Program-made: the position numbers and the translations under genes | In this document: positions 62,797-64,000 of the stretch, one piece after another | How the letters are laid out: every line of letters begins with the position of its first letter | How positions within the stretch are numbered: position 1 is the stretch's first letter | Notes under the pieces: generated by a model | Seen by the model: the letters and a program-made list of their open reading frames with translations, nothing else | What the model was told of the DNA's origin: nothing | The model's database searches: none | Source of the DNA: Scyliorhinus canicula | Taxonomy: Eukaryota | Assembly: GCF_902713615.1 (NCBI RefSeq) | Contig: NC_052154.1 | Location: forward strand, 189,199,353-189,263,352 | Reading direction: 5' to 3' | DNA length: 64,000 nucleotides

Positions 62797-63452
62797 GGGC
62801 AGAATCCTCCGACACCCCACAGGGTCGGAGAATCGCCCGGGGCCTTCGTAAATCCTGCCCTCACCATGGCCGGAATTCTCCGCCACCCGGGAATCGGCGG
62901 GGACGGGAGGTCGGCGGGCCCCCCGCGCCAATCGGTGGCCCCCTCGCGGCGATTCTCCGTCCCGCGATAGGCCCAAGTGCCGCCGCTGTCAGGCCTCTCC
63001 CGCCGACGTGGTTTAAACCAACTCTGTGCTGGCGGGAGCAGGCAGCACGGGTGAGCCCCGGGGTCCTGGGGGGGGGGGAGACGCGGGGTGATCGGACCCC
63101 GGGGGTGCCCCCAGTGGCCTGGCCTGCGTTCGGGACCCACCGATCGGCGGGTGGGCCAGTGCTGTGGGGGCACTCTTTTTCTTCCGCTGCCGCCACGGCC
63201 TCCACCATGGCGGAGGCAGAAGAGACCCCCCCCCATGGCAGAGGCAGAAGAGACCCCCCCACCGCGCATGCGCCGGTGGTGGCATCAGCGGCCGCTGACG
63301 CTCCGGCGCATGCGTGGAATCACGCCAACCGGCCAGCCATTCACGCCGGGGAGGTTGGATTGCACCTTTGGGGAGGCCCAATGCCAGAGTGGTTGGTGCC
63401 ACTCCACTACGCCGGGACCCCCCGCCCGGCCGGGTAGAGGAGAATACCGCCC
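62797..63452. mobile_element. GC-rich PIF/Harbinger-type MITE (inverted relative to 50903-51683)
   Basis: TIRs GGGCAGAATCCTCC / GGAGAATACCGCCC with 3-bp TSD CGG. Confidence 0.8.
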
Positions 63453-63509
63453 CGGCCTCAAAAAACTGCATTTAAGATAGGTGGATTGTGTCAACTGCAT
63501 TTAGTGCTA

Positions 63510-63800
63510 ATTATAATAATCATCATCTTTATTGTCACAAGTAGGCTTACATTAACACTGCAATGACATTACTGGAAAAATTCCCTAGTTTCCACATTCC
63601 GGCGCCCATTCGGGTACACGGAGGGAGAATTCAGAATGTCCAAATGACCTAACAGCACGTCTTTCGGGACTTGTGGGGGGAAACTGGAGCACCCGGAGGA
63701 AACCCACGCAGACACGGGGAGAAGGTGCAGACTCCGCATAGACAGTGACCCAAGCCGGGATCGAACCGGGGACCCTGGAGCAACCACTGTGCTATCTTGC
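63510..63800 (-). mobile_element. V-SINE-type SINE with (ATT)n tail
   Basis: Same family as 24365-24659. Confidence 0.8.
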
Positions 63801-63904
63801 TGCTTTATAAGAAACAACACCCGAAGTTTACTTGCATGACAACAGCAGAAAGAAGCACAAGTAATAAACAGAGCTAAGCAATTATACTACCAACAGATCA
63901 GATC

Positions 63905-64000
63905 CTGCCACATCCACTGGTGAATGGTGGTGCATAATTAACCCAACTCACTGGCGGAGGAGCTCCACAAATATCCCCATCCTCAATGATGAAGGAGCCC
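63905..64000 (+). mobile_element. CR1/L2-group LINE fragment running off the window
   Basis: Matches the EWWWTIKQLTGGG...IPILND segment of the 8465-10939 element. Confidence 0.7.

Noticed and set aside
62755-63500. Cluster of 130-160-aa ORFs on both strands
   Set aside because: Same MITE family; open frames are a composition artefact.

Overview
Eukaryotic, repeat-rich vertebrate DNA. The SINE/LINE repertoire points to a shark, probably a catshark-type genome (inference). Two spliced genes lie in tandem on the minus strand: the last seven coding exons of a divergent TM7SF3-like gene (62714 down to a stop at 48172) and the first three coding exons of a vesicular glutamate transporter 2 gene (SLC17A6/VGLUT2-like; ATG at 32689). 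I found no exon 4, so positions 1-30015 are probably one large intron. The VGLUT2 5' region lies in a repeat-free, CpG-retaining domain with a strong REST/NRSF RE1 site and several upstream ATGs. The rest is layered transposon debris: a 5'-intact but decayed L1, Rex1/Babar, CR1-type and RTE LINE fragments, a Copia gag-protease relic, many tRNA-derived SINEs, PIF/Harbinger-type MITEs and a hAT-type MITE. The best leads are: (1) three ~200-bp Penelope-type palindromic insertions carrying minimal hammerhead ribozyme motifs, with the core intact only antisense to the host genes; (2) the unexpected TM7SF3-SLC17A6 adjacency, suggesting a retained paralogue; (3) inverted MITEs bracketing four exons (circRNA/dsRNA geometry); (4) a possible antisense spliced transcript in VGLUT2 intron 3. 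There are no prokaryotic genes, CRISPR arrays, rRNA or true tRNA genes, and I cannot claim a wholly new system from sequence alone.
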